Notes: generated by a model not told the origin, from the sequence alone. Shown: positions 49,350-59,341, counted from the first letter of the stretch. The stretch is DNA of 64,000 bases from Candidatus Buchananbacteria bacterium (GCA_041665065.1 JBAYJM010000002.1:19796-83795); one strand, 5' to 3'. Translations and numbers: made by a program.

Positions 49350-50381
49350 TTATATTAGTTTTTCCTGCAGATTGGCAGGCAGTGCAACTTTTAAATGCTT
49401 ATAAGCTTGCTCGGAGGCGACTCGACCCCTTGGAGTCCGATTTATAAAACCCATTTGCAATAAAAATGGCTCTATAACGTCCTCAACCGTGTCCATTTCT
49501 TCAGCGATTGTTGAGGCAAGCGTATTTAGGCCGACCGGCCCGCCGTTAAACTTCTCAATCAAGGCCAATAAAAATAATCTGTCAGTGCCGTCCAAGCCAA
49601 GCTCATCAATTTCTAGCATTTTTAAGGCTTCATCCGCAGTCATCTTATCAATTTTACCATCTTTCTTTACCTGAGCAAAATCACGAACGCGTTTTAACAA
49701 ACGATTTGCGATACGAGGCGTCTGTCTTGATCTTCTGGCAATTTCTAATTGCGATTCCAAATCCATTTCAATATTTAAAATTTTAGATGCTCGCCTAAGT
49801 ATTTGTCCGATTTCATCATTATTATAAAAATTAAGGCGATAGACATTTCCAAATCTGTCTCGAAGCGGCGAAGACAGTCCGCTAACCTTAGTAGTGGCGC
49901 CAACGAGAGTAAATTTAGGCAGATCAATTCTAAGCGTCCTGGCTGATGGGCCTTTACCAATCACGATATCCAAGGCATAATCTTCCATGGCCGGATAAAG
50001 AACTTCTTCAATTGATTTATTAAGCCGGTGGATTTCATCAATAAATAAAATGTCACCATCAGAAAGGTTGGTTAAAATGGCTGCAAGGTCGCCCGTTCGT
50101 TCAATGGCTGGACCAGATGTTACTCTGATTTGTCCGCCCATTTCATTAGCAATGATGTGGGCAAGAGTTGTTTTGCCGAGTCCAGGAGGCCCAAAAATCA
50201 AAACATGCTCAAGAGCGTCGCCTCGAGCCTTGGCAGCTTGAATAAATATTTTTAAATTATCTTTGACTGCTGATTGGCCGATGTATTCATCCAAACATTG
50301 CGGCCTCAGTGTGCAATCTAAAATATTATCCGATGAATTTTCTTCAGCGCTTATTAAGCGCTCTGATTCTTCATTTTCCAT
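49350..50381 (-). CDS. ruvB: Holliday junction branch migration helicase RuvB
   Basis: [27 protein letters not shown], and a winged helix. Confidence 0.92.
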   Translation of the reverse strand: MENEESERLISAEENSSDNILDCTLRPQCLDEYIGQSAVKDNLKIFIQAAKARGDALEHVLIFGPPGLGKTTLAHIIANEMGGQIRVTSGPAIERTGDLAAILTNLSDGDILFIDEIHRLNKSIEEVLYPAMEDYALDIVIGKGPSARTLRIDLPKFTLVGATTKVSGLSSPLRDRFGNVYRLNFYNNDEIGQILRRASKILNIEMDLESQLEIARRSRQTPRIANRLLKRVRDFAQVKKDGKIDKMTADEALKMLEIDELGLDGTDRLFLLALIEKFNGGPVGLNTLASTIAEEMDTVEDVIEPFLLQMGFINRTPRGRVASEQAYKHLKVALPANLQEKLI

Positions 50382-50454
50382 GGAATAATCTTAGCATTGG
50401 AAAAATTAAAAGGCAAAAAAATCACCTCAGACCGGGGTCCAAGGTGGTATTGAT

Positions 50455-50721
50455 TTAGGACTTGAAAGCGGCAACTACGATTGCCATATCCCTTTCGAAA
50501 TCCCCGGCAGAATCACGGATTTGCCATTTGTCCTCAACAAAAATCAGATGAAAATGGCAGACCCAATCTCGGAACCTAAACCGTACGATCGCGCTTTCAT
50601 CTTTCTGATGCGCGCCAGCCCGCAATAGATCGCTATCGCAACCAAGTGCCGCCGAAAGATAGTTTGTCGTTGAGCGAATCCAATCCCTCAACAGAACCCC
50701 TTTTTCTTCGAAGGTTAACAT
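50455..50721 (-). CDS. Hypothetical protein (GC-elevated)
   Basis: 88-aa ORF in a GC block of about 52%. Confidence 0.3.
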   Translation of the reverse strand: MLTFEEKGVLLRDWIRSTTNYLSAALGCDSDLLRAGAHQKDESAIVRFRFRDWVCHFHLIFVEDKWQIRDSAGDFERDMAIVVAAFKS

Positions 50722-50963
50722 TCGCCAACTCCTCTACGCCTACATCGGCGTCATTTGTTGTGATTTCTCCTGGCCCTCCCCCCAGCTTCAAAAACAACCG
50801 TTGCCGGAAACCTCCTCATAGAGATCGATTTGAGTCATTCTTGGAGTCGTGTGACCAGAATTAGCCACAATGACGCCTCTATTATATAAATTTAAATATT
50901 TTTGTCAATGTCTAAAATTATCATAATTGCCAAAATACATCAAAAATACTATACTTAACTATT

Positions 50964-51998
50964 ATGGCAAGGATAATTTACGGCGTTTCCGGACAAGGAT
51001 TCGGACACTCAACCAGAAGCAAGGAAATTATTGATTTTCTAATAGATAGCGGCCACGAGGTCCTAATTTTAACCTATGGCCAGGCCTTATTTTTTTTGGA
51101 AAAAGACTACAAGGTGCTAGAAGTGCCGGGAATGGTTTTAAGCTATAAAAATAATAAACTGTCATATTTAAGAACCGGCGGAAGGAATGTCATCCAATTT
51201 ATAAAAAGATCAGCAAAATGGATACCCATACAGAATAAAATAAAAAAATTTAAGCCGGATTTGGCAATAACGGATTTTGAAGCCACCACCTGTCTTTTAG
51301 CCGTCACTCAAAAAATTCCGCTCATATCAATTGACAACCAACATCAGCTCACCCGGACAAAAATAGCGTGCAAAGGCTATCGCAAAGAGCTTGTCGGCAC
51401 GAAACTCATTATAAAATCCATGGTTTGGGGAGCTAAAAAATATTTTATTACCACTTTTTATGAAACACCAATTAGAAAAAGAAATACATTTTTATTTCCT
51501 CCAATTATTCGCCGCGAAGTCTTAAACCTTGAAAGCAAACGTGGCGATTATATTCTTGTATACCAAAATTCATCCTTTAACGACAATTTAGAAATATTTA
51601 AAAAATCAAAGGAAAAATTCGTAATTTTTGGCCTTGATAAGGAAGGCAAAGAGGATAATTTAGAATTTAAAAACTATAGCTCCCATGAATTTTTAAACTA
51701 TTTGGCGGGTTGTAAGGCGGTTATAGCAACGGCAGGACTGAGCCTCATAACTGAAAGCCTGCATTTAAAAAAGCCCTATCTAGCGATGCCCGTAAAAAAA
51801 CAGGTGGAACAAATATTAAACTCGCAGTATCTTGAAAAAATGGGCTATGGCATATCTACTTATGACCTAACGATGGAAGACTTAAGCGAATTTTTATCTA
51901 ACCTAAAAAACTTTGAGAATAATTTGGAAAATTATCCCTTCAAAGACAATTCAGCCATATTTAAAAAACTGGAAGAATCAATTAATAATTGGACGTAG
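50964..51998 (+). CDS. GT-B fold glycosyltransferase (MurG/GT28-like)
   Basis: N-terminal Gly-rich loop YGVSGQGFGHSTRS. Confidence 0.5.
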   Translation: MARIIYGVSGQGFGHSTRSKEIIDFLIDSGHEVLILTYGQALFFLEKDYKVLEVPGMVLSYKNNKLSYLRTGGRNVIQFIKRSAKWIPIQNKIKKFKPDLAITDFEATTCLLAVTQKIPLISIDNQHQLTRTKIACKGYRKELVGTKLIIKSMVWGAKKYFITTFYETPIRKRNTFLFPPIIRREVLNLESKRGDYILVYQNSSFNDNLEIFKKSKEKFVIFGLDKEGKEDNLEFKNYSSHEFLNYLAGCKAVIATAGLSLITESLHLKKPYLAMPVKKQVEQILNSQYLEKMGYGISTYDLTMEDLSEFLSNLKNFENNLENYPFKDNSAIFKKLEESINNWT

Positions 51999-52087
51999 AT
52001 TGAAATATTTTAGTGGGCATTACACTTTACAAATGGTGAAAATCTGTTATAATGCTTAAGTATCATATTAATTGAGCAAATATATAA

Positions 52088-52159
52088 GCGGGTATAATAC
52101 AATGGTTAGTATACGTCCTTGCCAAGGATGAGATACGGGTTCGATTCCCGTTACCCGCT
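52088..52159 (+). tRNA. tRNA-Gly (GCC)
   Basis: Cloverleaf with anticodon loop TTGCCAA. No encoded CCA. Confidence 0.85.
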
Positions 52160-52365
52160 CAGGCAAAGTTATTTGGACAACAGTATTTTCGAATTTTTAA
52201 ATCAAAAAGCGGTAAAAGTTAGGGAATCGAACGGGTGGCTAGCTTAGCAAGGAGCGATAGCGACGTAGCGAAGCTACAGCCGATCCGAGCTGGCGCAGGA
52301 TTGGCGTCCACCCAGGACAGAGCGTTAGCGTCGGAATTCCCGTTACCCGCTCCAATCTCAGGTTG

Positions 52366-52451
52366 GCCCAAGTGGTGAAATGGTATACACGAAGGACTTA
52401 AAATCCTTTGGCAGAAATGCCGTGTGGGTTCGAGTCCCACCTTGGGCACCA
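52366..52451 (+). tRNA. tRNA-Leu (UAA)
   Basis: Long variable arm, anticodon loop CTTAAAA, and CCA encoded. A terminator hairpin lies at 52462-52484. Confidence 0.85.
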
Positions 52452-52492
52452 AATTTAACTTTACGGGGAAAACCCGTATTTTTAGTTTAAAT

Positions 52493-52521
52493 GTTGACTT
52501 TTACTTGAAAATAGGTTATTA
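52493..52521 (+). promoter_or_regulatory. Sigma70-type promoter TTGACT-17-TATTAT upstream of rplS
   Basis: Seen directly in the sequence. Confidence 0.5.
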
Positions 52522-52568
52522 TTTGAAAGTTGAATAAAGCCAAATTTTTTAGTAATATTAAATTTAAT

Positions 52569-52931
52569 ATGAGCAAAGAAGAAAAAAAACCTCAATCTAA
52601 GGACTGGCGAAGCGAAGTTCTTGCAAAGATCAAAGCCGGAACAACCGTTAAAATCCATTCAAAAATTATTGAGAAAAATACAAAAGGCGAAGAAAAACAA
52701 AGAATTCAAATTTTTGAAGGAATTGTATTGTCCAGAAAAAGTGGCAATGAAAAAGGAGCTACAATCACAGTTCGAAAAATCGCAAGCGGCGGAATTGGCG
52801 TTGAAAGAATTTTTCCTATTTATTCCCCGTCAATCACCAAAATTGATTTGACCAAACAGGCCAAAGTCAGGCAGGCTAAGCTTTATTACTTAAGAGACTA
52901 TAATAAGAAGCTTAAGGAAAAGCAGCTTTAA
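52569..52931 (+). CDS. rplS: 50S ribosomal protein L19
   Basis: QIFEGIVLSRK...TVRKIASGGIGVERIFP...AKLYYLRD. The start is taken as Met 52569 rather than 52530. Confidence 0.85.
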   Translation: MSKEEKKPQSKDWRSEVLAKIKAGTTVKIHSKIIEKNTKGEEKQRIQIFEGIVLSRKSGNEKGATITVRKIASGGIGVERIFPIYSPSITKIDLTKQAKVRQAKLYYLRDYNKKLKEKQL

Positions 52932-52973
52932 TTTTTAGTCCGCCATTCTTGGCGGACTATTATGTCCAGACTT

Positions 52974-53057
52974 GCGGACGTGGCGGAATTGGTATACGCG
53001 CAGCCTTGAGGTGGCTGTGGCCGCAAGGCCTTGGAGGTTCAAGTCCTCTCGTCCGCA
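52974..53057 (+). tRNA. tRNA-Leu (GAG)
   Basis: Long variable arm and anticodon loop TTGAGGT. Confidence 0.8.
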
Positions 53058-53070
53058 TAGAGAGGTTTAA

Positions 53071-53144
53071 GCACGCCTAGCTCAGTTGGTTAGAGCACCT
53101 CGTTTACACCGAGGGGGTCAGGGGTTCGAATCCCTTGGCGTGCA
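53071..53144 (+). tRNA. tRNA-Val (UAC)
   Basis: Canonical cloverleaf with anticodon loop TTTACAC. Confidence 0.9.
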
Positions 53145-53208
53145 CATTCTGGTTTATACCACGCGTTCATTAAAATGATTTTGTTTTTATGTTATAATTA
53201 AACCAGAA

Positions 53209-54048
53209 ATGAATTTAAATAACATGAAAAAAAATTTATATATATTGATTTCAGTTTTTGTCATTTTAATACCTCTAATAATTCCTAAATATAATCTCGC
53301 CTTTGATATTTCTTCTCTTTTAACTATTGTTACATTGATTTTTGGCTTATTGATTGGTTTTTTTATCGCAGGGGCCTTAACCAATCATATTAATTTGAAT
53401 TCTCAATTGGCTAATGGCAATGCAACCTTAACCATTGTATATAATTTAACAAAATTGATTAATAAAAAGGAATCTAAAAAGTTAAGCTCGGCAATAGATA
53501 CTTATTTAATTGAAACACTGAACAATTCACTCATATATCATAACAAAAATACTGACGACGAATTTTATAAGATTATTAATCTTATTGACAATATAAAATC
53601 GCCAAATAATGCTCCATCAGTATCAATTTATCAAAATCTTCATAGCGCGAAAGCTGATCTTTTCAGAATTAGGCAAAACATAATACAAATCGCCCCAAAA
53701 ACAATGTCTAGACTACATTGGCTTGTAATAGCCCTTTTAGCCATAGCTATGCTAATTCTAACTTTTGCATTAAGAGATGGTTCTATAACACTTTATCTAA
53801 TTTCTAGCATAATATCGGCATGCGTATATTGGCTTTTATTAATTCTTCATCACGTTGATAATAATAAATTTCTTGAAAATCAACTTGCCTATGAAGATGT
53901 ACAAAATGTATTTAAATCAATTGGACAATTAAGATATTATCCTGAATTATCTTTTAAACAAGGCATGGCAAATATTCCTAAAGAAGACTACCGAATTGGT
54001 ATTACAAATAAAACAGAGACGAAAATTAAAACCATAAGATTAACTTAA
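53209..54048 (+). CDS. Membrane protein (hypothetical)
   Basis: Four TM helices. Confidence 0.45.
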   Translation: MNLNNMKKNLYILISVFVILIPLIIPKYNLAFDISSLLTIVTLIFGLLIGFFIAGALTNHINLNSQLANGNATLTIVYNLTKLINKKESKKLSSAIDTYLIETLNNSLIYHNKNTDDEFYKIINLIDNIKSPNNAPSVSIYQNLHSAKADLFRIRQNIIQIAPKTMSRLHWLVIALLAIAMLILTFALRDGSITLYLISSIISACVYWLLLILHHVDNNKFLENQLAYEDVQNVFKSIGQLRYYPELSFKQGMANIPKEDYRIGITNKTETKIKTIRLT

Positions 54049-54056
54049 AAAACTTA

Positions 54057-54302
54057 ATGCTTGTCCAAATCATAATCGGATTAATTTGCCTTGTAGTCGG
54101 CTTTTTCTTTGTTTGGAAGCCAGAAAAAATGGTTGAATTTATCGGCGAACAGCAATGGGCTGAAAAATTCTTTGGCTACGGTCGAAGCTCGACAGGCTAT
54201 CAAGTAATCGGCATTGTAATAATATTTGTAGGCTTTGTGATTATGACTGGCCTAGGCGGAGGCATGCTAAGATTTTTCTTTGGTCCGGCGATAAGAAAAT
54301 AA
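54057..54302 (+). CDS. Small membrane protein (hypothetical)
   Basis: Two TM helices. Confidence 0.4.
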   Translation: MLVQIIIGLICLVVGFFFVWKPEKMVEFIGEQQWAEKFFGYGRSSTGYQVIGIVIIFVGFVIMTGLGGGMLRFFFGPAIRK

Positions 54303-54309
54303 TACTTAA

Positions 54310-54383
54310 GGGCCCTTAGTTCAGCTGGTTAGAATGCCTGCTTTGCAAGCAGGAGGTCATCGGTTCGAATCCGATAGGGTCCA
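54310..54383 (+). tRNA. tRNA-Ala (UGC)
   Basis: Canonical cloverleaf with anticodon loop TTTGCAA. Confidence 0.9.
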
Positions 54384-54478
54384 CAAAATAAGAGGTGCGA
54401 AGGACGACTATATCTTTGTAAGATGCCGAGCATACGCGAAGCGCCACCAAATTCGCAATAAATTATTCCCATCTATAT

Positions 54479-54925
54479 ATGGAAGTTATAGAATTCCGCT
54501 CAAAAATTAAGCCAAACATGAAATTGTATGCCGATGGTCGGGATTTTTTAGTAAAAGAAGTTGTTAAATTTAGGCTTGATGATGGTAGTTTCTATATCAA
54601 GTGCTTTTTGAATGATAACTATGTTTTCGCCGATGACTTGAATGAGAATACGTTTCTCTTGGTAGAAGAAACGAAAACACCGTTTCAGCAGCCATTCCCA
54701 CAAGAATTGGATTTTGAGGGCAAAAAGTTCGAGTTTCTTTATACCGCTCATGCTGTTGCCGAGGAGGTACAGGGCGAGGAGATTTTTAAAAAAGGAGACA
54801 GCGAAAAGTTTTGGGATTATAAAACAGACGACAATGGCTATCTAAGTCTAGGTATAAACGATAATACGGGTGAAAAATTAGATTTTTATGGCAAGATTGT
54901 CAGAAACAACACGGTTAAACTTTAG
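54479..54925 (+). CDS. Hypothetical protein
   Basis: 148-aa ORF. Confidence 0.45.
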   Translation: MEVIEFRSKIKPNMKLYADGRDFLVKEVVKFRLDDGSFYIKCFLNDNYVFADDLNENTFLLVEETKTPFQQPFPQELDFEGKKFEFLYTAHAVAEEVQGEEIFKKGDSEKFWDYKTDDNGYLSLGINDNTGEKLDFYGKIVRNNTVKL

Positions 54926-55042
54926 TAATTCGGCAACGACCTGGTTCCAGCTCACTCTGATATAGCCACCAGTTTAAAAAACAATCCGCGGTGACGGATT
55001 GTTTTTGTTTTAGTGAAATGTTAATATTAAATTAAATAATTT

Positions 55043-55789
55043 ATGAATTTAAAAAATAAAAAAATTCTAGTAACAGGAGCTTCAAGCGGCATAGGCCAGG
55101 CCATTGCGGTTTCTTGCGCTCAAAAAGGTGCTCATATCATCATTAACTATCGTAAAAATATCAAAGGAGCTCAACAAACACTTAAAAAAATTGAAAACCA
55201 TTCAAAGGGCTTTATCTTTCAAGCCGACCTTACAAATGAAAAAGAAATCAAAAAAATGTTTGCCAATATCTCTAGCAAAGTCGGTGGAATAGACATTCTA
55301 ATAAATAATGCCGGCGATGCGCAACCTGGAAATTTCTTCAATGATAGCAGGTGGAGAGATCAATTTGAAAATATTTTCTTTTCTGCGCTTCACGTCTCTC
55401 AAAATTTTATTAAACAGAATGCAAAAGCACCACTAAGAAAGATTCTAAATATTACATCATATTATGGAAATATAAACGGTGGCAACTCTGAATTTTTTGC
55501 ATATTCAACTGCCAAAGCCGCACTGACAAGCATGACAGTTACGCTTGCAAAAACCTACAAGAACTTATTAGTTAATGCCATCGCCCCCGGTTATACCTGG
55601 ACTCCACCCTGGGAAGATATATCCGATAAAGAAAAAAAGATATGCGAATCGCGAACAACAATAAATCGATTTATAGACGCTAATGAAATTGCTCACATGA
55701 CCATAGCGATTTTAGAAAATGATGCCATCACGGGACAAATTATCACTGTTGATGGAGGACTTTCTCTGCAAAAACTTGAAAGAAAATAA
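55043..55789 (+). CDS. Short-chain dehydrogenase/reductase (SDR)
   Basis: TGASSGIG, NNAG, and a YSTAK catalytic tetrad. Confidence 0.8.
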   Translation: MNLKNKKILVTGASSGIGQAIAVSCAQKGAHIIINYRKNIKGAQQTLKKIENHSKGFIFQADLTNEKEIKKMFANISSKVGGIDILINNAGDAQPGNFFNDSRWRDQFENIFFSALHVSQNFIKQNAKAPLRKILNITSYYGNINGGNSEFFAYSTAKAALTSMTVTLAKTYKNLLVNAIAPGYTWTPPWEDISDKEKKICESRTTINRFIDANEIAHMTIAILENDAITGQIITVDGGLSLQKLERK

Positions 55790-55953
55790 AAGACCATCAG
55801 AAATTTAAACTAATTTAAGTATTTCAGGTATTATCACCTTAATAGGTGATTTTTTTGTTTGACTGATTAATTAATTTTTAATTAGGTTTTGCTATCATGA
55901 TAAGCTGTGTGAAATGGTGGATCAAACAACTAAACTTCGGGGAGAAGTAAATA

Positions 55954-56322
55954 ATGACTACCATAGCGCGGGTAGGAGTCGACCAAGCTCTTTTTCAAGA
56001 TTTCACTGGGGGCCAGCTCTTGATTCAGAACATTGAAGATAAAAGGCAATATCAGGGGGAACTTAAGGAATTATTATTTGATCGGACAAGAAAAGAATTA
56101 AGAGTCGCATTCCTTTGGGCAGTCGCTGCTCATATGAATCAGCCAAGTGGCTGGAAAAATGTAACTCCGAAAGAAAGGACCTGGGATCTCAGTGCCGCTC
56201 TTGCCATAGCCTATGAAGGCCACAAGATACTAATTGATCCAGTACACTCAAAAGAGCTGCTAATACTACTTCCCAAGGAACATCCCAGCTGCATAACATT
56301 GGAGTCCAAAAGGTCACCATGA
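55954..56322 (+). CDS. Hypothetical protein (GC-elevated)
   Basis: 122-aa ORF. Confidence 0.35.
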   Translation: MTTIARVGVDQALFQDFTGGQLLIQNIEDKRQYQGELKELLFDRTRKELRVAFLWAVAAHMNQPSGWKNVTPKERTWDLSAALAIAYEGHKILIDPVHSKELLILLPKEHPSCITLESKRSP

Positions 56323-56468
56323 ATCCTAGCCACACAACACGCAGTTTTGTACAGCGCAAATCGTGTCTTATGCTTTAACCCAACTCGTATGCGCCTATGC
56401 GAGTTGGACATTTTTCCAAATGCCTTTCAAATATGTCATTTTTCTGTTATAATTTTTAAATTAAAATT

Positions 56469-56867
56469 ATGGCAAATATTATGGCTGGCAAAAAAACAAA
56501 TTTAGATCAAAAAAATAAAAAAATGTGTGACGGCTGCAGCGATTGTTGCAGATATGTCGCATTAGAAATAGACAAACCCAAAACAAATGGTGATTGCCAG
56601 GATTATTTTTGGCATTTACATCATAAAAATATCGGGATTTATATTGGCTGGGATAATAAATGGTATTTGGAGTTTAAAACTCCCTGCCGGCAGTTAGACT
56701 CAAAAGGATTATGTAAAATTTATGACGATAGACCTAGAATGTGCAAACAATATAAACAGAAAGACTGTACAAAATATATTAAAGCTCCTGCAGAAAAAAT
56801 TTATTTTAACACTGCCGATGAATTAAATAACTATTTTAAAAATAAAAAAAATAAATCTAAAAAATAA
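56469..56867 (+). CDS. YkgJ-family CxxCxxCC Zn/Fe-binding protein
   Basis: CDGCSDCC motif plus downstream Cys residues. Confidence 0.6.
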   Translation: MANIMAGKKTNLDQKNKKMCDGCSDCCRYVALEIDKPKTNGDCQDYFWHLHHKNIGIYIGWDNKWYLEFKTPCRQLDSKGLCKIYDDRPRMCKQYKQKDCTKYIKAPAEKIYFNTADELNNYFKNKKNKSKK

Positions 56868-56986
56868 TTATTTAATTGTGGATAACTATTGTTGACGTTA
56901 TTTTTTTATGCTATAATAAAAATAACTTTAAAATATTTTTCAAAAAATATTTTAAATAAAAATAATAGAAAGGAAGGTGATAACAA

Positions 56987-57070
56987 TGGCAGCAAAGAAA
57001 AAAGCAGCAAAGAAAAAAGTTGTTAAAAAAGCAGCTAAAAAGAAAACAGCTAAAAAGAAAAAGAAATAAA
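56987..57070 (+). CDS. 27-aa Lys/Ala-rich basic peptide
   Basis: MAAKKKAAKKKVVKKAAKKKTAKKKKK with a strong AGGAAGGTGA RBS. A nested hairpin terminator follows at 57088-57140. Confidence 0.35.
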
Positions 57071-57171
57071 AGTTTTCTCAAGTAAAAATCCCTCCAATGC
57101 GTGTTTCGAATCAATGATTCGGAATATACATCGGGGGGATTTTTGTTTCTGGCAATATTTTATAAAACTCC

Positions 57172-58416
57172 TTAAAATAAAGGCTTTTGCTGAGCTTTCT
57201 TGCTGTTTGTTATAATTTTTACAGTGCCATAAACGCCGTCATAACCCGGATTTATTAAGACATTGCCATTCCTTACATTTAAGATGGCGTTTACAACCTC
57301 TTTATCAAAAATCTTAAACAATTCTTTTTCGTCTAAATCAATTAAAATTTCAAACTCTGAATATTTCTTTACTGCATCAAAATAAATGGCCAAGACTTTT
57401 TTTGAATTTTTTCCCACAGAAACCGCTTCGGAAATTATTTCTTGAAGCGGAATTAAATTTTTGTACGGAATTTTTATTTTTTCCGGAATTATTTTACGAT
57501 CACAAAGATCATTTATCCTGTGAAGTACGCCCAATGTAAGCGGCTTCAAACAAACCGGGCAAATATTTTTATTTTTTTCACTTTCCTCGGGATTTGCAAA
57601 ATATTTACAACTTGCATGGCCATCAACATGATATCTTCCTTCCTCAGGAAAAAATTCTATCGTGTACAAAAAATTATTTTTATCTTTTTCCTTTATAATC
57701 CGATAAATTTCATCATAACTTAATTTTTCTGGCGAAATATCAAAAACATTTGCTTCCCTTCCTAAATTATTTAATGAATGGGCATCGGAATTGGACAGCA
57801 AGGTAATATCATCCAACATTGAAACCCTCCAATTCATAATGGGGTCGGATGAAATGCCGGTTTCAACCGCATAAATATACGGCGTAATGTCTTCAAAGCA
57901 CTCCTCTAGGGAATCAAAGCCTGATTTTGAACCGAATACAGCAAACCACGGCGTCCAAATATGCGCCGGAATAACCAAGCTCCTTGGCTCTATTTCTAAA
58001 ACTAATCTCGCGAGTTCTTTGGCAGAAAAACCGATTATCGGCCTGCCGTCAGCCTTTAAATTAAAGCCTCTTTTTTGGAAATTATCAATAATTTTTTCAA
58101 CTGAATTAATTGTGGGCATCAAAATACAAACATGCACTCTTCTAACTTTTCCGCCCTGCTTGTAAATACAGCTTATTTCCGTAGAAAGTATAAATCTGGT
58201 GGGAACATCTGAATTTTTTAGTTTATATAGCCCCGGCTCCGATTCTTCAAGTTGATTTTTTATATCATTAAACCAGGCAGGATGAGTAAAATCAGATGTG
58301 CCAATAATACTTATGCCCTTGTATTGGCACCATAAACCGATATTTTCCAAAGTCAACTGCTTGGAGCAAGCCCTTGAATATTTAGAATGGAGATGCAAAT
58401 CAGCTACTATGCGCAT
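57172..58416 (-). CDS. PHP-domain endonuclease, EndoQ-like
   Basis: ADLHLHSKYS, RRVHVCILMP, SNSDAHS, LGREAN, and a Zn-finger CPVC. Confidence 0.6.
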   Translation of the reverse strand: MRIVADLHLHSKYSRACSKQLTLENIGLWCQYKGISIIGTSDFTHPAWFNDIKNQLEESEPGLYKLKNSDVPTRFILSTEISCIYKQGGKVRRVHVCILMPTINSVEKIIDNFQKRGFNLKADGRPIIGFSAKELARLVLEIEPRSLVIPAHIWTPWFAVFGSKSGFDSLEECFEDITPYIYAVETGISSDPIMNWRVSMLDDITLLSNSDAHSLNNLGREANVFDISPEKLSYDEIYRIIKEKDKNNFLYTIEFFPEEGRYHVDGHASCKYFANPEESEKNKNICPVCLKPLTLGVLHRINDLCDRKIIPEKIKIPYKNLIPLQEIISEAVSVGKNSKKVLAIYFDAVKKYSEFEILIDLDEKELFKIFDKEVVNAILNVRNGNVLINPGYDGVYGTVKIITNSKKAQQKPLF

Positions 58417-58867
58417 TTTTTTTATTAAAAAAATTGGATATTATAAAAATAACTGCCCCGCATGTAATCATCACATCGGCCACATTAAAGACTGAAAAAT
58501 TTAAAACATTAAAATAATCGATAACATAGCCAAAGCTAATTCGATCAATAAAATTAGAAAAAGCCCCGCAAATTATAATAAACAAGGCGCCAAAAGATAT
58601 ATAGTCATTCTTTTTAATCATAATGGCAGCCAAAAAGCACAAAGCCGCCACAATAATGATGTATAAAAAAATCAGTAGCCAATAATTAACGGGAATGCCG
58701 AAAGCAACGCCCCTATTTATTGTTTTTTCAATCATAAACCAGCTAAAGAAGCTTTTGGAAGATAAAATTACCGACACCTCTGAAATATAATGCTTTAATA
58801 TCCTGTCAACCAAAAATAAAAATAACCCCAAAACACTAATGGAAGTTATTTTTATTGCTTTTTTCAT
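58400..58867 (-). CDS. lspA: Lipoprotein signal peptidase II
   Basis: NRGVAFGIP and FNVADVMITCG motifs with four TM helices. Confidence 0.8.
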   Translation of the reverse strand: MKKAIKITSISVLGLFLFLVDRILKHYISEVSVILSSKSFFSWFMIEKTINRGVAFGIPVNYWLLIFLYIIIVAALCFLAAIMIKKNDYISFGALFIIICGAFSNFIDRISFGYVIDYFNVLNFSVFNVADVMITCGAVIFIISNFFNKKNAHSS

Positions 58868-58871
58868 ATTG

Positions 58872-59243
58872 CTAGACTTGATTCTTCAGCTTTTTTTTAC
58901 ATTCAACACATGAACTGGAGGCCGGTCTTATTTTCAGCCTTTCTAATTCTATTTCCTTGTTGCAGTGAACACAGATCCCATACGAACCGTCAGCTATCTT
59001 TTTTAGGGCGCTTTCTACGTCATGCAATTCTTTCTCAAGGTCTCTTTCCAGGGATAGATTTTTTGTATAATCTGCAACCTCAGTAGCATTATCCTCCATT
59101 GAATCCCCATAATCAGGAAATTTTGCTTCAAAATCGATCGCTTCGCCATCGGTTCGACTACCGATTGATTGGAGTTGTCCGACTAAAATATTTCTTCTAT
59201 CCTCGAGCTGGGCCTTAAACTGTGCTATTAATTCTTTTTCCAT
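58872..59243 (-). CDS. DksA/TraR-family C4 zinc-finger protein
   Basis: C-terminal CVHCNKEI...CVECK. Confidence 0.75.
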   Translation of the reverse strand: MEKELIAQFKAQLEDRRNILVGQLQSIGSRTDGEAIDFEAKFPDYGDSMEDNATEVADYTKNLSLERDLEKELHDVESALKKIADGSYGICVHCNKEIELERLKIRPASSSCVECKKKLKNQV

Positions 59244-59312
59244 AAACAGTTATTATTTTTTAAAAAATAATCAACGCCTTGTTTGGCGCAATTTTTATTA
59301 AATTCTTAATTT

Positions 59313-59341
59313 ATTATATCTTTCGGATATATAAATGTAAA
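59313..59341 (-). promoter_or_regulatory. Sigma70-type promoter TTTACA-17-TATAAT for the DksA-like gene
   Basis: On the minus strand: -10 at 59313-59318 and -35 at 59336-59341. Confidence 0.5.

Noticed and set aside
52219-52452. 77-aa ORF on the minus strand from the six-frame track.
   Set aside because: It is antisense translation of tRNA-Leu and the tRNA-like region (…KVGLEPTR… is a T-arm read backwards). It is not a gene.
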